This document shows positions 36,313-46,543 of a stretch of 64,000 nucleotides of DNA, piece after piece. The stretch covers positions 2,482-66,481 of the forward strand of contig CAZUPH010000001.1 in the NCBI GenBank assembly GCA_964621995.1, in the 5' to 3' direction. A model generated the notes under the pieces. The model did no database searches. It saw only the letters and a program-made list of their open reading frames with translations, and was not told the DNA's origin. Position 1 is the first letter of the stretch; the number at the start of each line of letters is the position of its first letter. The translations under genes were made by a program, and so were the position numbers. This DNA is from an uncultured Rubrivivax sp. GTDB taxonomy: Bacteria; Pseudomonadota; Gammaproteobacteria; Burkholderiales; Burkholderiaceae_C.

Positions 36313-37968
36313 GTGGCGCATCTTCGTCCTGATCTCCTGCCCGATCGGTTCACGCTCGGCCCGTGGCAGGTCCATGTGTTGCGCGACGAAGTGGCGGCCC
36401 AGGGTCAGGTTCACAAGCTCGAGCCTCGCGCCATGCGCCTCCTGGCCGTCCTGGCGCAGGCCAGGGGCGAGGTGGTCTTGGCCGACGACTTGCTCAACGC
36501 CGTCTGGCCGGGTCTCGTCGTCACGCCCAGTTCGCTTTACGACGCCGTGGCGCAACTGCGCAAGGTGCTGGGCCCTGATCACATCGCCACGGTGCCGCGC
36601 AAGGGATACCGTCTGGCGACGGCCATCGCCCCGCTGGCCACGCCGGCAGTGGCAACGACGGTTCCGCATGGATCCATGTCGCCGGCTGCCACAGCCTCCG
36701 GTCAGGCGGGCACGGCCACCGCGCAGACCGCCGAGCCCCGCCTGGGCCCACGCTCGGTGGCCGTGCTGCCCTTCGTCATGCGCGGGCTGCCGGAGGCGTT
36801 GTCGTTCCTGAGCGAGAGCCTCACCGGGGGGTTGATCTTCGAGTTGTCGCGCCAGCCCGGCCTCAGGGTGGTGGCGCTCGGCACCATGCTCACCTTCGGA
36901 CAGCGCCATCCGCCGCCGCAGAAACTGGCCGACGAACTGGGCGTGCGCTACGTGGTCGACGGCCAGCTCGAACAACGCGGCGACATGCTGCATGTGACGG
37001 TGCAGGTGGTCGACGGCCGCCGCGGTACGCAGACCTGGGCCGACGAGCTCACCCTGCCGGCCAACGCCTGGCACGCCACGGCCTCCGTGGTGGTGGGCCG
37101 CCTGGCGCGGGCGCTGCGCTTCGAGCTCAACGACCTGGCCAGCCAGGAGACCCCGGTGATCGCCAGCGACGCCGAGGTGCAGGCGCGGGCCTTCGCGGCG
37201 CAGGCCTGGGTGCAGCTGTTCGCCCGCGTGCAGACGCCCGACACCAACCAGCGCGCCACGCGGCTGGCCCGCTCGGCCGTGGCCCTGGCACCCGAGCTGA
37301 GCCAGGGGTGGATGTGCCTGTCGTATGCCGACTGGCGCGCCGGTCACTACCGGTGGAGCGACGAGCCGCGTGACGAGCAGTTGGCGCGCGCGCTGGCCGA
37401 GGCCGAGCGCGCCGTCATGCTGGACCCGCGCGACCCCGACGCGCACTATGTGCTGGCGCTCTCGGTCGGGTACTACCGGGGGGAGCGGCTGCGTGCCGCC
37501 GAAGTGCTGCGCCACTGCCTGCGGCTGTCGCCGTCGTACGCGCCGGCGTATGGACTGCTGGCGATGTCCCTCGAGCGGCACGGGCGGCATGACGAGGCAC
37601 GGGCCTACTGCGACAAGGCCTTCGAACTCAGCCCGCTCGAGCCCCTGCGCGTGATCTGGCACTGGGTGCGGGCGGAAGCCAACCTCGCCACGGGCGACCC
37701 GCAAGGGGCCCTGGTGGAGGCGCAGCGCGGCATGGCGGTCAACCCGGCGTACGCGCAGGTCTATCTGGTGGGCGCGGCGGCCGCCTGGCGGTTGGGTGCG
37801 GTGCAGCAGGCACGCGAGTGGGTGGCCACGCTGTGCCGCGAGCACCCGGCTTTCGGCAGCCTGGCGGCGGCGCGTACGAGCATGGAGCGCACCTACGACC
37901 CGGCCTGCATCGACCAGCTGGACCAGCTGATGGACACGCTGCGCGAGGCGGGCCTGCCGGCACGGTGA
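36313..37968 (+). CDS. Winged-helix (OmpR/CadC-type) regulator with TolB-N-like and TPR domains
   Basis: KLEPRAMRLL..LA...GEVV...LL.AVWPG.VV..SL..AVAQLRKVLG..IATVPRKGYRL; SVAVLPF; ELGVRYVVDG; C-terminal TPR helices. GTG 36313 chosen as start. Confidence 0.85.
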   Translation: MAHLRPDLLPDRFTLGPWQVHVLRDEVAAQGQVHKLEPRAMRLLAVLAQARGEVVLADDLLNAVWPGLVVTPSSLYDAVAQLRKVLGPDHIATVPRKGYRLATAIAPLATPAVATTVPHGSMSPAATASGQAGTATAQTAEPRLGPRSVAVLPFVMRGLPEALSFLSESLTGGLIFELSRQPGLRVVALGTMLTFGQRHPPPQKLADELGVRYVVDGQLEQRGDMLHVTVQVVDGRRGTQTWADELTLPANAWHATASVVVGRLARALRFELNDLASQETPVIASDAEVQARAFAAQAWVQLFARVQTPDTNQRATRLARSAVALAPELSQGWMCLSYADWRAGHYRWSDEPRDEQLARALAEAERAVMLDPRDPDAHYVLALSVGYYRGERLRAAEVLRHCLRLSPSYAPAYGLLAMSLERHGRHDEARAYCDKAFELSPLEPLRVIWHWVRAEANLATGDPQGALVEAQRGMAVNPAYAQVYLVGAAAAWRLGAVQQAREWVATLCREHPAFGSLAAARTSMERTYDPACIDQLDQLMDTLREAGLPAR

Positions 37969-38097
37969 AGGGCGGCCACGGGCCCGCGCTTCGCCAGCGC
38001 CGCGCCTGAGAGATCCCTCGGGCGACATTGAGGCGCGCCTCAGCACCTCAAGCGTGCGTGCCTCCACGATGAAGGCACCACAGCCCAGGAGCCCATC

Positions 38098-38562
38098 ATG
38101 TCCTTCCGTTCCCCACGTGCCCCGATGCACGTGTCACGCACCCTTCTGGCCATCACCTGGGGCCTGACCTTGGCCGCTTGTGGTGGCGGGACTGGTCACG
38201 ACCCGACGGAGGTCTCGTCCGCGTCCACGGCCGCGCAGCCGCTGCCGGCGGCCACGGCTCTCAAGGCGGACGTGGTGAACGTGACGCATGCAGCGGCGGC
38301 CCCCGTGTTCGTGAACGTCGAAGGCTGCGTGCTCGATCGCCACTACATCCCCATCACCGGGACGCCGGTTCGCGCGCTGGCCGCCGACGGGCGGCTGCTC
38401 GGCAACGCACAGAGCGACGGCCACGGCCGTTTCTCGCTGCGCCTGCCGGCGCACAGCGACGTGACCTTGCAGATCGACCGGCCGTCGGGCGAATCGCTGC
38501 CGATGGTGGTGGGCGCCGCGGCATCGACGTGGGAGAAGTGCCTGCTCGACGACCAGGCTTGA
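38098..38562 (+). CDS. Small lipoprotein with prealbumin/carboxypeptidase-regulatory-like beta domain
   Basis: AGGAG RBS; lipobox LAAC-GGG; A.SDG.GRFSL motif; two further Cys residues. Confidence 0.65.
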   Translation: MSFRSPRAPMHVSRTLLAITWGLTLAACGGGTGHDPTEVSSASTAAQPLPAATALKADVVNVTHAAAAPVFVNVEGCVLDRHYIPITGTPVRALAADGRLLGNAQSDGHGRFSLRLPAHSDVTLQIDRPSGESLPMVVGAAASTWEKCLLDDQA

Positions 38563-38981
38563 TGCACTGCTGCGGCCGCGGCCACAGCGGTCTGCAGGCG
38601 CCCCCCCCTGCACGGTCGGGAGCCGAACTTGGTGGGCGGGCGCTCGAGGAGCGCCCGATGCGCAAGCCACGCGCATGCCTGTGGCGGCCGAGACCATCTC
38701 CGACGCCAGACGGCCCGGAACGCCCTGCCCGCCGAACGGCTGGAAGGGGTCCTGGGCCCTGCATGCGGCGCCGGATCGGCCACCGAATCCACCGCCACTG
38801 ACGGATGGATGGATTCGGTCCTGAGCCGAAGTCGCCGATCAGATCTCGGAACCCGAATGGCGAGTCGAGCCGCGCGTTGGCCGGACCATGGTCGATCGAT
38901 GGGCTAGGGTGGACTCGGCTTGACGGCGGCTTCATGAATGCCCGCGTGCTTTTTGGCCGAAGGCAGCGCCAAGGAAACGGC

Positions 38982-39290
38982 TCAGCGCCGGCCGCCCTGC
39001 TTTTCGGCAAAGGTGGCGATCTGTTCCAGGCTGACGGAGCCGGTCTTCTCGGTATCGATGGCGTCGAAGTTGCGATAGATCCTGGGCATGCCGCGCTTGG
39101 CCTCGTCGCGGCTGAGTCGGCCATCGGCATTGATGTCGGCAGCGGTGAAGCGCTTCTGCAAGTCGGCACGCATCTTTTCCTGGCGTGCTGAATCGGCACC
39201 CTGAGCGGACACCGTGGAGGTGACGCCGGCGGTACACAGCAGCACGACCGCAAAGCCAAGGGTGGTGGAGAAGGACAGCTTGGGTTTCAT
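38982..39290 (-). CDS. Exported EF-hand protein
   Basis: Signal peptide; RF.AADINADGRLSRDE and FDAIDTEKTGSVSLEQ EF-hand loops. Confidence 0.88.
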   Translation of the reverse strand: MKPKLSFSTTLGFAVVLLCTAGVTSTVSAQGADSARQEKMRADLQKRFTAADINADGRLSRDEAKRGMPRIYRNFDAIDTEKTGSVSLEQIATFAEKQGGRR

Positions 39291-39515
39291 CAGATTCTTT
39301 CGTTGGGTTGTGATTCGGGCGGATGCACCGCGGGCCCGCAAGTGCAGCCTCAGGATGCTGGACAAGTCGCTCGGGATCAGGGTGTGACGGTCATCGTGCG
39401 CTTGCGGTCCGGCCATTGAGGTCGGCGACCGTCTCTGTCGTGACTGCGCTGCTGCGCTCGACCCCGCATACGGCAGTCTTGTCGTCGGAGTTGGTCACTG
39501 TGCGTTTCATGCCAT

Positions 39516-40409
39516 TCATGAGTCGCTCCTGCAGCCCTTCTTCACCTGCACCGCAGTCGCCGGGTTGGGCTGGTTAAAGGGGTCAAAGAAGTAGCCTGCG
39601 GCAACTTCGACGCGTTCAGCCACGACGCCTGCGGGAAGATGGAGTTCAAGGTAGTTGTCGCCATCACCGAGATCGTCAAACGCCAGTGGCGTGTGGGCAT
39701 TGCCGTTGCAGTCGATGATGCGGATGGCATTCAGCTGATCGGCGCCAACCTCGACCCCGTTGGGTCCGGTCACGCCACCTTGCCAAACCATCTGGATGAC
39801 GCGCCGCGAACTCCCAGGAGGACCGTCGGTCTTATTCAAGACGAAGGCATGCACCAGAGAGGGTCCACTCCTGATGCCGATGGTGACAGGCGGAGAAACC
39901 GCGCCCTCCAGCACGTTGCCCCTGACATCTTCGACGGGGCCGACGATCACGACATAAGCAGGCAAGTCGGCGAGATCGGCGATCGGACCCGCCAGCAGGA
40001 TGGTGTGGAGTTCGTTGGTCTCATCGGCTGGACGCAGGGTGGCGCAGTTGGGCGTGGACTCGACGCCGGCTCTGCTGATCACGCGAAACCTGTCTGGACG
40101 CAGCGACGATGCCTTGATGGGCACGGACATGACCAGGGGCATGCCGTCGTCACCGATCCACTGCGGACAACCCGTGATGGGCGAAAAGAACTGGGGAGGC
40201 ACGTTGATCCCGCCGAGGTAAGCGGAAAAGATGGCGGGCTTCTTGGCCGTCGCTGATGTGATGCCCGCCGCGCCGTTCCCCGCATGTGTGCCGGTCGTGG
40301 CCACTGCAAGTGAAGCAGCGATGGCGAAGAGGCTGGCGGCGCGTTTCATGGGTTCAGTCAGCCGGGCGGCGGTAGTGCGGCGTCGCGGCGGGTGCAGGGG
40401 GACGTTCAT
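39516..40409 (-). CDS. Exported hypothetical protein
   Basis: AAGGAG RBS before ATG 40409; signal-like segment ending THA; globular composition with DGMPLV, CATLRPADETNELHTILL and DLGDGDNYLEL motifs. Confidence 0.7.
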   Translation of the reverse strand: MNVPLHPPRRRTTAARLTEPMKRAASLFAIAASLAVATTGTHAGNGAAGITSATAKKPAIFSAYLGGINVPPQFFSPITGCPQWIGDDGMPLVMSVPIKASSLRPDRFRVISRAGVESTPNCATLRPADETNELHTILLAGPIADLADLPAYVVIVGPVEDVRGNVLEGAVSPPVTIGIRSGPSLVHAFVLNKTDGPPGSSRRVIQMVWQGGVTGPNGVEVGADQLNAIRIIDCNGNAHTPLAFDDLGDGDNYLELHLPAGVVAERVEVAAGYFFDPFNQPNPATAVQVKKGCRSDS

Positions 40410-40466
40410 GGTTTCTCCTTGAGGTTGCATGGGTCGCGGTTGCAGTGATTCGAAGGGCATGGCCAT

Positions 40467-41372
40467 TCAGGCTGAGCCTTGCCTAGCCGTCGTCTGGCGC
40501 TCGCGTGCAGCCGGCGGTGCGAACAGCGCGCGCCAGATGTCTCTGGCGCCGCGTGCGTCTCGCACATCACGCGCCAGGTTGATCCACTCGTGGAAGGCGA
40601 TGCGCAGCGGGTTGTAGGTCAGCAGTGGCGTGGTCAGGCCATAACGCGGCGGCAGGTCGGCGCGCTCTTCCACGTAAGTGCCGAAGAGGCGGTCGAACAC
40701 CATCAGGACGCCGCCGTAGTTGCAATCCAGATACTCCGGGTTGCTGCCGTGGTGCACACGGTGGTTCGACGGCGTGTTGAACCAGCGTTCGAAGGTCCTG
40801 CCCAGCTTCGGGATCCAGGTCGTGTGCAGCCAGAACTGGTAGAGCAGATTCGCCGACATCGCCAGCGCCACGGCCACGGGTGAGAAGCCCAGCCACAACA
40901 GCGGCGAGAAGAACAGCGCCGTGCCGGTGATCTTCCCCGTCCAGCCCAGACGCAGCGCAGTGGCCAGCGTGAGCTGGTTGGGCGAGTGGTGCACCGCGTG
41001 CGTGGCCCAGAACCAGCGCACGCGGTGCGCGCTGCGGTGGTACCCGTAGTAGCAGAACTCGTTGCCCACGAACAGCAGCGCAAGCGCCCACCACGAGGTC
41101 ACGTCGATCGTGAACAGGCGGTGCTCGTAGATCCAGCCGAGCAGGGGTACCGCAAACGCCAGCCCAAGCCCGACGGACACCAGATCGAACGTGCGCCGAC
41201 CCACCGCATCGACTATCGAGGCCGCGAAGGCGCGCCAGTCGTAGCTGCCTGGGGAGCGGCGCGACATGACGACACCTTCGATGGCAGCGATGCACAGCAG
41301 CGCAACGATCAAGGCACCCAGCCAGGGCCTCAGGTCGGAGGCCACGAGATCATTGAGGGCGACGTGGTCCAT
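40467..41372 (-). CDS. Sterol desaturase / fatty-acid hydroxylase family membrane di-iron enzyme
   Basis: His boxes HRSAH, HAVHHS, FWLH, HRVHHG; NYGG...FDRLFGT. Confidence 0.93.
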   Translation of the reverse strand: MDHVALNDLVASDLRPWLGALIVALLCIAAIEGVVMSRRSPGSYDWRAFAASIVDAVGRRTFDLVSVGLGLAFAVPLLGWIYEHRLFTIDVTSWWALALLFVGNEFCYYGYHRSAHRVRWFWATHAVHHSPNQLTLATALRLGWTGKITGTALFFSPLLWLGFSPVAVALAMSANLLYQFWLHTTWIPKLGRTFERWFNTPSNHRVHHGSNPEYLDCNYGGVLMVFDRLFGTYVEERADLPPRYGLTTPLLTYNPLRIAFHEWINLARDVRDARGARDIWRALFAPPAARERQTTARQGSA

Positions 41373-41385
41373 GACGGGTCAGCGC

Positions 41386-41910
41386 TCAGGGCAGGTTCCG
41401 GGTGGCTTCGCGCGTGACCGTCCCGCCATTGGCCCGCGTGACCGTCGTCGAGCCCTTGCCTTGGCCGTCGCGCGTCGAGTTGCGACTGCGTGTCTGGCCG
41501 TTGGGGCCGGCGGTGGTGGTCGTGCCACCCTCAGCGGAACGGTTCGCGGCGCGCGTCGCCGTCTGCCCTTCAGGGCCGGTGACGGTGGTCGCTGAGTCTC
41601 CTTGGCCCAGTGCCGAGCTGCTGCGCGTGGCAGTCTTGCCGCTCGGACCGACCACCGTGGCTTGGGTGCCTTCGGCGCTGCGATCGACATTGCGGCTCCT
41701 GGTCTTGCCATGCACCCCTGTCGAGCTGCTGGACACGTCGCCGCCGGCGCGCTGCACGTTGCGCGTGGCGCTGTTGCCGTTGGAGCCGCTGATGTGGGTC
41801 TGGCGCTCGCGCGCCTGGGCCGGCGTGGTGACCAAGGCGGTCGAAGCGGCCAGGGCCAGGATGACAGCGCCTACGACGGAAGAGCTTGGCAGTGAGTGGA
41901 GTTGGCGCAT
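41386..41910 (-). CDS. Exported Thr/Gly-rich repeat protein (xGPxGxTATR repeats)
   Basis: Signal peptide ending AQA; repeats SGSNGNSATR, TGVHGKTRSR, VGPSGKTATR, TGPEGQTATR, AGPNGQTRSR, TRANGGTVTR. Confidence 0.8.
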   Translation of the reverse strand: MRQLHSLPSSSVVGAVILALAASTALVTTPAQARERQTHISGSNGNSATRNVQRAGGDVSSSSTGVHGKTRSRNVDRSAEGTQATVVGPSGKTATRSSSALGQGDSATTVTGPEGQTATRAANRSAEGGTTTTAGPNGQTRSRNSTRDGQGKGSTTVTRANGGTVTREATRNLP

Positions 41911-41991
41911 GGCGAATCTCTGGGAAGGCGGGTGAAGGAACGAACGAATCGCACTTGCTTGCATGACGTCATTTCATGCCCTCCGGCCATG

Positions 41992-42035
41992 CCGCGCGCT
42001 GACGATGCAAGACGAAAGGCGACAGTGCTGTCGCA
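41992..42035. promoter_or_regulatory. 44-bp operator/promoter element, copy 1
   Basis: CCGCGCGCTGACGATGCAAGACGAAAGGCGACAGTGCTGTCGCA, 41/44 identical to 49502-49545. Confidence 0.75.
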
Positions 42036-42269
42036 CGGGCCCGAGTGGTCTGCGGCACGCCGTGATCGCCCGGCCCTGTCGCCCATGCAAGCGCTGGTCC
42101 CAAGAACTGCAGGCGGCGATCCGCATGGCGGGACTTGGTCACACGCGCGTGGAATCCGGGCCAGCCCGAGAGGCTTAAGCATGGTGCCCGTCGCCAAGGT
42201 GTCACTTCAGCCTGTTATCAAGCCGACGATGTCGCGCGCACGAAGATTGCGCCGCCGCCACTCCACCTC

Positions 42270-42857
42270 GTGACGCGAGTGCTTCCCGAAACGGTCCAGC
42301 CAAGTACGCCCAGCCTGAGCGAGGGTCAGTTGCTGCGACTGCATGGCGAAGCATCGGCCCCCGTGCTGCTGTTGATCGTGTCTTTGCTGAGCTTGACGCC
42401 CTTGCTGGGGGTGAGCCTGCTCACTTTGCTCATCGCCTTGCGTTGGCACAGGTCGGACGGGGCGGTGCCGATTCCTGCCTGGCTCGCCGGGATGCCGCTT
42501 GGCCCGACGTGGTCGTCGCGGACCCAGGCCATGCTCGCTGCCGTGCAGCGATGGGCGACACGTTGGCTGCGCCCGCGCTGGATCGTGCTGCAGGCTCCGG
42601 TCACGCACCGAGCCTGGGGGTGCTGGATTGGCGCCTTGGGTCTGCTGCTCCTGCTGCCCCTGCCTTTCGCCAACGTGTTGCCCGCCACGAGTCTGGCGCT
42701 GCTGAGCATGGCCTGGGTGGCGCGCGACGGACTCGCGCTGGCCGTGTCCGCAGCGCTTGGCGGCGCCGCTTTGGGCTATGTGCTTCTCATGAGCCATCTC
42801 CTGCTGATTGCGGCGCAAGACGGCCTGACGTGGCTGTCCTCTGCTGTGGCGGGCTGA
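42270..42857 (+). CDS. exoD: ExoD-like exopolysaccharide synthesis membrane protein (start uncertain, possibly degenerate)
   Basis: RWLRPRW, LLLPLPFANVLPA..LALLS.AW..RDGL motifs; the N-terminal part looks shortened. Confidence 0.65.
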   Translation: MTRVLPETVQPSTPSLSEGQLLRLHGEASAPVLLLIVSLLSLTPLLGVSLLTLLIALRWHRSDGAVPIPAWLAGMPLGPTWSSRTQAMLAAVQRWATRWLRPRWIVLQAPVTHRAWGCWIGALGLLLLLPLPFANVLPATSLALLSMAWVARDGLALAVSAALGGAALGYVLLMSHLLLIAAQDGLTWLSSAVAG

Positions 42858-43029
42858 GAAGGCGGAGCATCACCCGGAAGGTGCCCTGGCGGCCCCGACC
42901 CGCCGGCCGCCCCTGGGCCGTGGCGGATGCCGGCAGGGAGCGGTGCCAGCAGCATGGTGCGGCGGCTGTCGGGTTGCAGCCCGTTGCGGCCGTTCGTTGT
43001 CCTCGCGTTCGAGGCATCGCGCGGCAAAG

Positions 43030-43255
43030 GGCTGTGCGGGCGGGCGCTGTGTGGGGCGCCGAGGAGCGCAGGGTTCGTGGCCCGCGCGCGTACCTGCGCG
43101 CTTCGTCATCTGACTCACGGCAACTGTCTGAGCGCGGTGAGCGCTGCGAACGAAGTGAGTTTTGCCGTGGGGCCACGGACCCGAGCACCGCAGGGCAGTC
43201 GGAGCGCAGCGGAGACCGCCACACCCGGCGCCGGCCGCACACACCGCCTGCCGCG
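43030..43255. repeat. Non-coding structured intergenic element (REP/MITE-like)
   Basis: Nested inverted segments (CACGGCAA...TTGCCGTG, GAGCGC...GCGCT) between convergent genes; resembles a dispersed repeat I recall from Burkholderiales genomes. Only one copy in the window; boundaries approximate. Confidence 0.45.
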
Positions 43256-43414
43256 ATCGTGCGATGCCTCGGTCGCGAACGGTGAAGGTCAACAAAGGGC
43301 CGATCGCGTGAGTTCAAGCAGGCGCGTATGCACGAGGGCAAGCGGGTCGACCACTCGAGGCACCATCCAGCCCACTCGCATCGAAGCCGTTTCAGAAGGG
43401 CCTCGAGGCAGCTC

Positions 43415-46400
43415 TCAAGCGTGGCTCCTGGGCCGCAACAGGAGCGCCGTGAACACGGGCACGAAGGCCACGGCCAGCAGCGTGGACGCCACCATGCCCG
43501 AGAGCACGGTGATGCCGATCGAGATGCGTGCCGCCGCACCCGCACCGCTGCTCAGCACCAGCGGCACCACACCCAGGATGAAGGTCAGCGAGGTCATCAG
43601 GATGGGGCGCAGGCGCCGCCGCGAGGCTTCCAACGCGGCCTCGGCCACCCCATGGCCCTGGTGGATGAGTTCGGAGGTGACCTCCACGATCAGGATGGCG
43701 TTCTTGGCCGACAGCGCAATGAGCAGCACCAGGCCGATCTGCACGTAGATGTTGTTCGGCAGACCCACCGCCAGCAGCGCGCCGACGGTGCCCACCAGGG
43801 CCAGAGGCACCGAAAGCAAGACCGGCAGCGGGGTGCGCCAGCTTTCGTACTGGCCCGCCAGCACGAGATACACCAGCACCAGTGCCAGGCCGAACACCAG
43901 CACGACCGAATTGCCGACGAGCTTTTCCTGGTAGGACATGGCGGTCCACTCGTAGCCTACGCCGGGGGGCAGCAGCTCGGCGGCAAATTCTTCGAGCGCG
44001 GCCATGGCCGCCCCGCTGGCCACGCCCGGTGCCGCGGCGCCCAGCAAGGTGGCGGTGGGATAGAGGTTGTACTGCGAGGCCACCGCGGGCCCGCTGGTCG
44101 CGACGAACTGCGCGAAGGCGCCCAGCGGCACCATCTCGCCACCCTTGCCGCGTACCGTCAGCTCGCCGATGGCAGCCAGGTCGCGCCGCGCGTCGGGGTC
44201 GGCCTGCACGTAGACGGTGTAGTTCTGCCCCAGGGCCGAGAACAGGTTGACGAAAGACGCGCCCAGGTAGGTCTGCACCGTGTCGTAGGCGTCGCTCACC
44301 GAAACGCCCAGCGCCTCGGCGCGCGCGCGGTTGAGTTCCATGCGCAGCTGCGGCACGTTCACGCGCAGCGGGGTGAATGCCTCCTGGAATCGAGGGTCTC
44401 CCCTGGCGCGTTCGACCATCGCCTGCGCGGCCTCGGCGAGCTTGCTCCAGTCATTGCTGCCGTCCTGGAGCACCAGTTGCATCTGGAAGCCACCCGATAG
44501 GCCCAGGCCGCTGATGGGCGGCGGCAGCAGCACGCGGCCTTGCGCCTGGGGAATCTCGGCCAGCAAGGCGCTGAGCCTCACGTACAGGCTGCGCAGGTCC
44601 TGGCCCTCACCCGTGCGTTCCTTCCAGTCGTGCAGCGTCACGTACACCAGCCCGGCACTGGGCAGCGGGGTGTTGCCCTCCGTGGCCGAGACCCCCGCCA
44701 CAGCGATCGCGTGCTTCACGCCCGGGACGCGGCGAACGCGTTGGGAGATGTCGTCCAGCACCGCCTGCGTGCCGCCCAGAGCGGCGGCATCGGGCAACTG
44801 CACCGACAAAAGCAGATAGCCCTGATCCTCCGTGGGAATGAAGCCCGTGGGGATGCGGACGAAGCCCACCAGCGCCACGGCCATCAGGCCCACGGCCACG
44901 GCGGCACTGGGCCACTTGAAGCGAATGAGCCCGCCGATCAGGCGCATGTAGGCCGCCTCCAAGGCGCCGTAGCCGCGATTGAAACCCCGGATGTAGGCGC
45001 CCGTCAGGACGTTGGGCTTCTTGTCGGGGCCGGCCACCCGCAGAAACTGCGCGGACTGCGTCGGCTTCAAGGTGATCGCGTTGATGCCCGAGAGCACGGC
45101 AGTGGCGGCGATGACCAGCGCGAACTGCCGGTACATCTGCCCGGTGATGCCGGGCAGGAAGGCCGCCGGCAGGAACACGGCACACAGAACCAGCGTGATG
45201 CCGATGATCGGCCCCAGCAACTCCTTCATGGCCGCCGTGGCGGCGGGCCGCGGGGACAGGCCCTGTTCCATCTTCTGGGCCACGCCTTCCACCACCACGA
45301 TGGCATCGTCCACCACGATGCCGATGCACAGCACGATGGCAAACAGCGTCAGCAGGTTCACGCTGAAGCCCATCACCGCCATGGCGGCAAACGCGCCGAC
45401 CACCGTGATGGGCACGGTGGTGCCCGGCACCAAGGTGGCGCGCCAGCTCTGCAGGAAGGCCAGGATGACCAGCAGCACCAGCACGCCGGCCTCCACCAGC
45501 GTCTTGTAGACCTCGTTCACCGCGGCGGTGACGAACAGCGTGGTGTCGAAGGGGATGTCGTAGTCCATGCCCTCCGGGAAGGTCTTGGCCGCTTCGGCCA
45601 TGGCTTCGCGCACGGCGCGGGCGGTGTCCAGCGCATTCGCATCCGGCAGCTGGAAGATGGCCAGGCCGCCCGCCGGCTTGCCGTCGAAGGTGAAGCCCTG
45701 GCCGTAGTTCTGGCTGCCCAGCTCGATGCGGGCGATGTCGGCCAGGCGCGTCACGCTGCCGTCACTGGCCGAGGCCACCACCAGTTGGCCGAAGTCCTCG
45801 GGCGTGCTCAGCGGGCTGTCCACGGTGAGCGTGAGCTGCTGGTCGGGCGCCGTGCTGCCGGGGCTCACTGGCGGGGCGCCCACCTGGCCTGCGCTCACGC
45901 GCTGGTTCTGCTTGCTGATGACCGCCACCACCTGCGACGGATTCAGGCGCCGCTGTCGCAGCTGTGCAGGGTCCAGCCAGACGCGCATGCTGTAGCTGCC
46001 CACGCCGAACACGTTGACATCGGCGACGCCGGGCAATCGCACCAGACGGTCGCGCAGTTGCAGGTTGGCGAAGTTGCTCAGGAAGAGTGCGTCGTGCTGT
46101 GGCTGGGTCGACGACACCGTGGCGATCTGCAGGATGGCGGTGGACCGCTTCTTCGTCACCACGCCCTGCTGCTGCACCGGCTGCGGCAGCGTGGGCAGTG
46201 CGGCAGCCACGCGGTTCTGCACGGCCACCTGGGCCTGCTCCGCATTCGTGCCCACGGCGAAGCTCACCGTGAGCACGTAGCGCCCGTCGTTCGAGGCGTA
46301 GGACTGCATGTAGATCATGCCTTCGACGCCGTTGACCTGCTGCTCGATGGTGCGCGCCACCACCTCCTGCACCGTGCGCGCGTTGGCCCCGGGGTAGTTG

Positions 46401-46543
46401 GCCGTGACCTGGATGGTGGGCGGCGTGAGCGGCGGGTACTGCGCGACCGGCAGGCCCAGCAAGGCCACCGCACCGAGCAGAAGCATGAGCCAGGCGATGA
46501 CGTTGGCCAGCACCGGCCGTTCGATGAAGAACTGGGCGATCAT
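43415..46543 (-). CDS. RND efflux inner-membrane transporter (AcrB/HAE1 family)
   Basis: FFIERPVLA, LPVAQYP, YPGANA, IEQQVNGVEGM.YM.S, GIVVDDAIVVVE, KNAILIVE, RLRPILMTS. Confidence 0.97.
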   Translation of the reverse strand: MIAQFFIERPVLANVIAWLMLLLGAVALLGLPVAQYPPLTPPTIQVTANYPGANARTVQEVVARTIEQQVNGVEGMIYMQSYASNDGRYVLTVSFAVGTNAEQAQVAVQNRVAAALPTLPQPVQQQGVVTKKRSTAILQIATVSSTQPQHDALFLSNFANLQLRDRLVRLPGVADVNVFGVGSYSMRVWLDPAQLRQRRLNPSQVVAVISKQNQRVSAGQVGAPPVSPGSTAPDQQLTLTVDSPLSTPEDFGQLVVASASDGSVTRLADIARIELGSQNYGQGFTFDGKPAGGLAIFQLPDANALDTARAVREAMAEAAKTFPEGMDYDIPFDTTLFVTAAVNEVYKTLVEAGVLVLLVILAFLQSWRATLVPGTTVPITVVGAFAAMAVMGFSVNLLTLFAIVLCIGIVVDDAIVVVEGVAQKMEQGLSPRPAATAAMKELLGPIIGITLVLCAVFLPAAFLPGITGQMYRQFALVIAATAVLSGINAITLKPTQSAQFLRVAGPDKKPNVLTGAYIRGFNRGYGALEAAYMRLIGGLIRFKWPSAAVAVGLMAVALVGFVRIPTGFIPTEDQGYLLLSVQLPDAAALGGTQAVLDDISQRVRRVPGVKHAIAVAGVSATEGNTPLPSAGLVYVTLHDWKERTGEGQDLRSLYVRLSALLAEIPQAQGRVLLPPPISGLGLSGGFQMQLVLQDGSNDWSKLAEAAQAMVERARGDPRFQEAFTPLRVNVPQLRMELNRARAEALGVSVSDAYDTVQTYLGASFVNLFSALGQNYTVYVQADPDARRDLAAIGELTVRGKGGEMVPLGAFAQFVATSGPAVASQYNLYPTATLLGAAAPGVASGAAMAALEEFAAELLPPGVGYEWTAMSYQEKLVGNSVVLVFGLALVLVYLVLAGQYESWRTPLPVLLSVPLALVGTVGALLAVGLPNNIYVQIGLVLLIALSAKNAILIVEVTSELIHQGHGVAEAALEASRRRLRPILMTSLTFILGVVPLVLSSGAGAAARISIGITVLSGMVASTLLAVAFVPVFTALLLRPRSHA

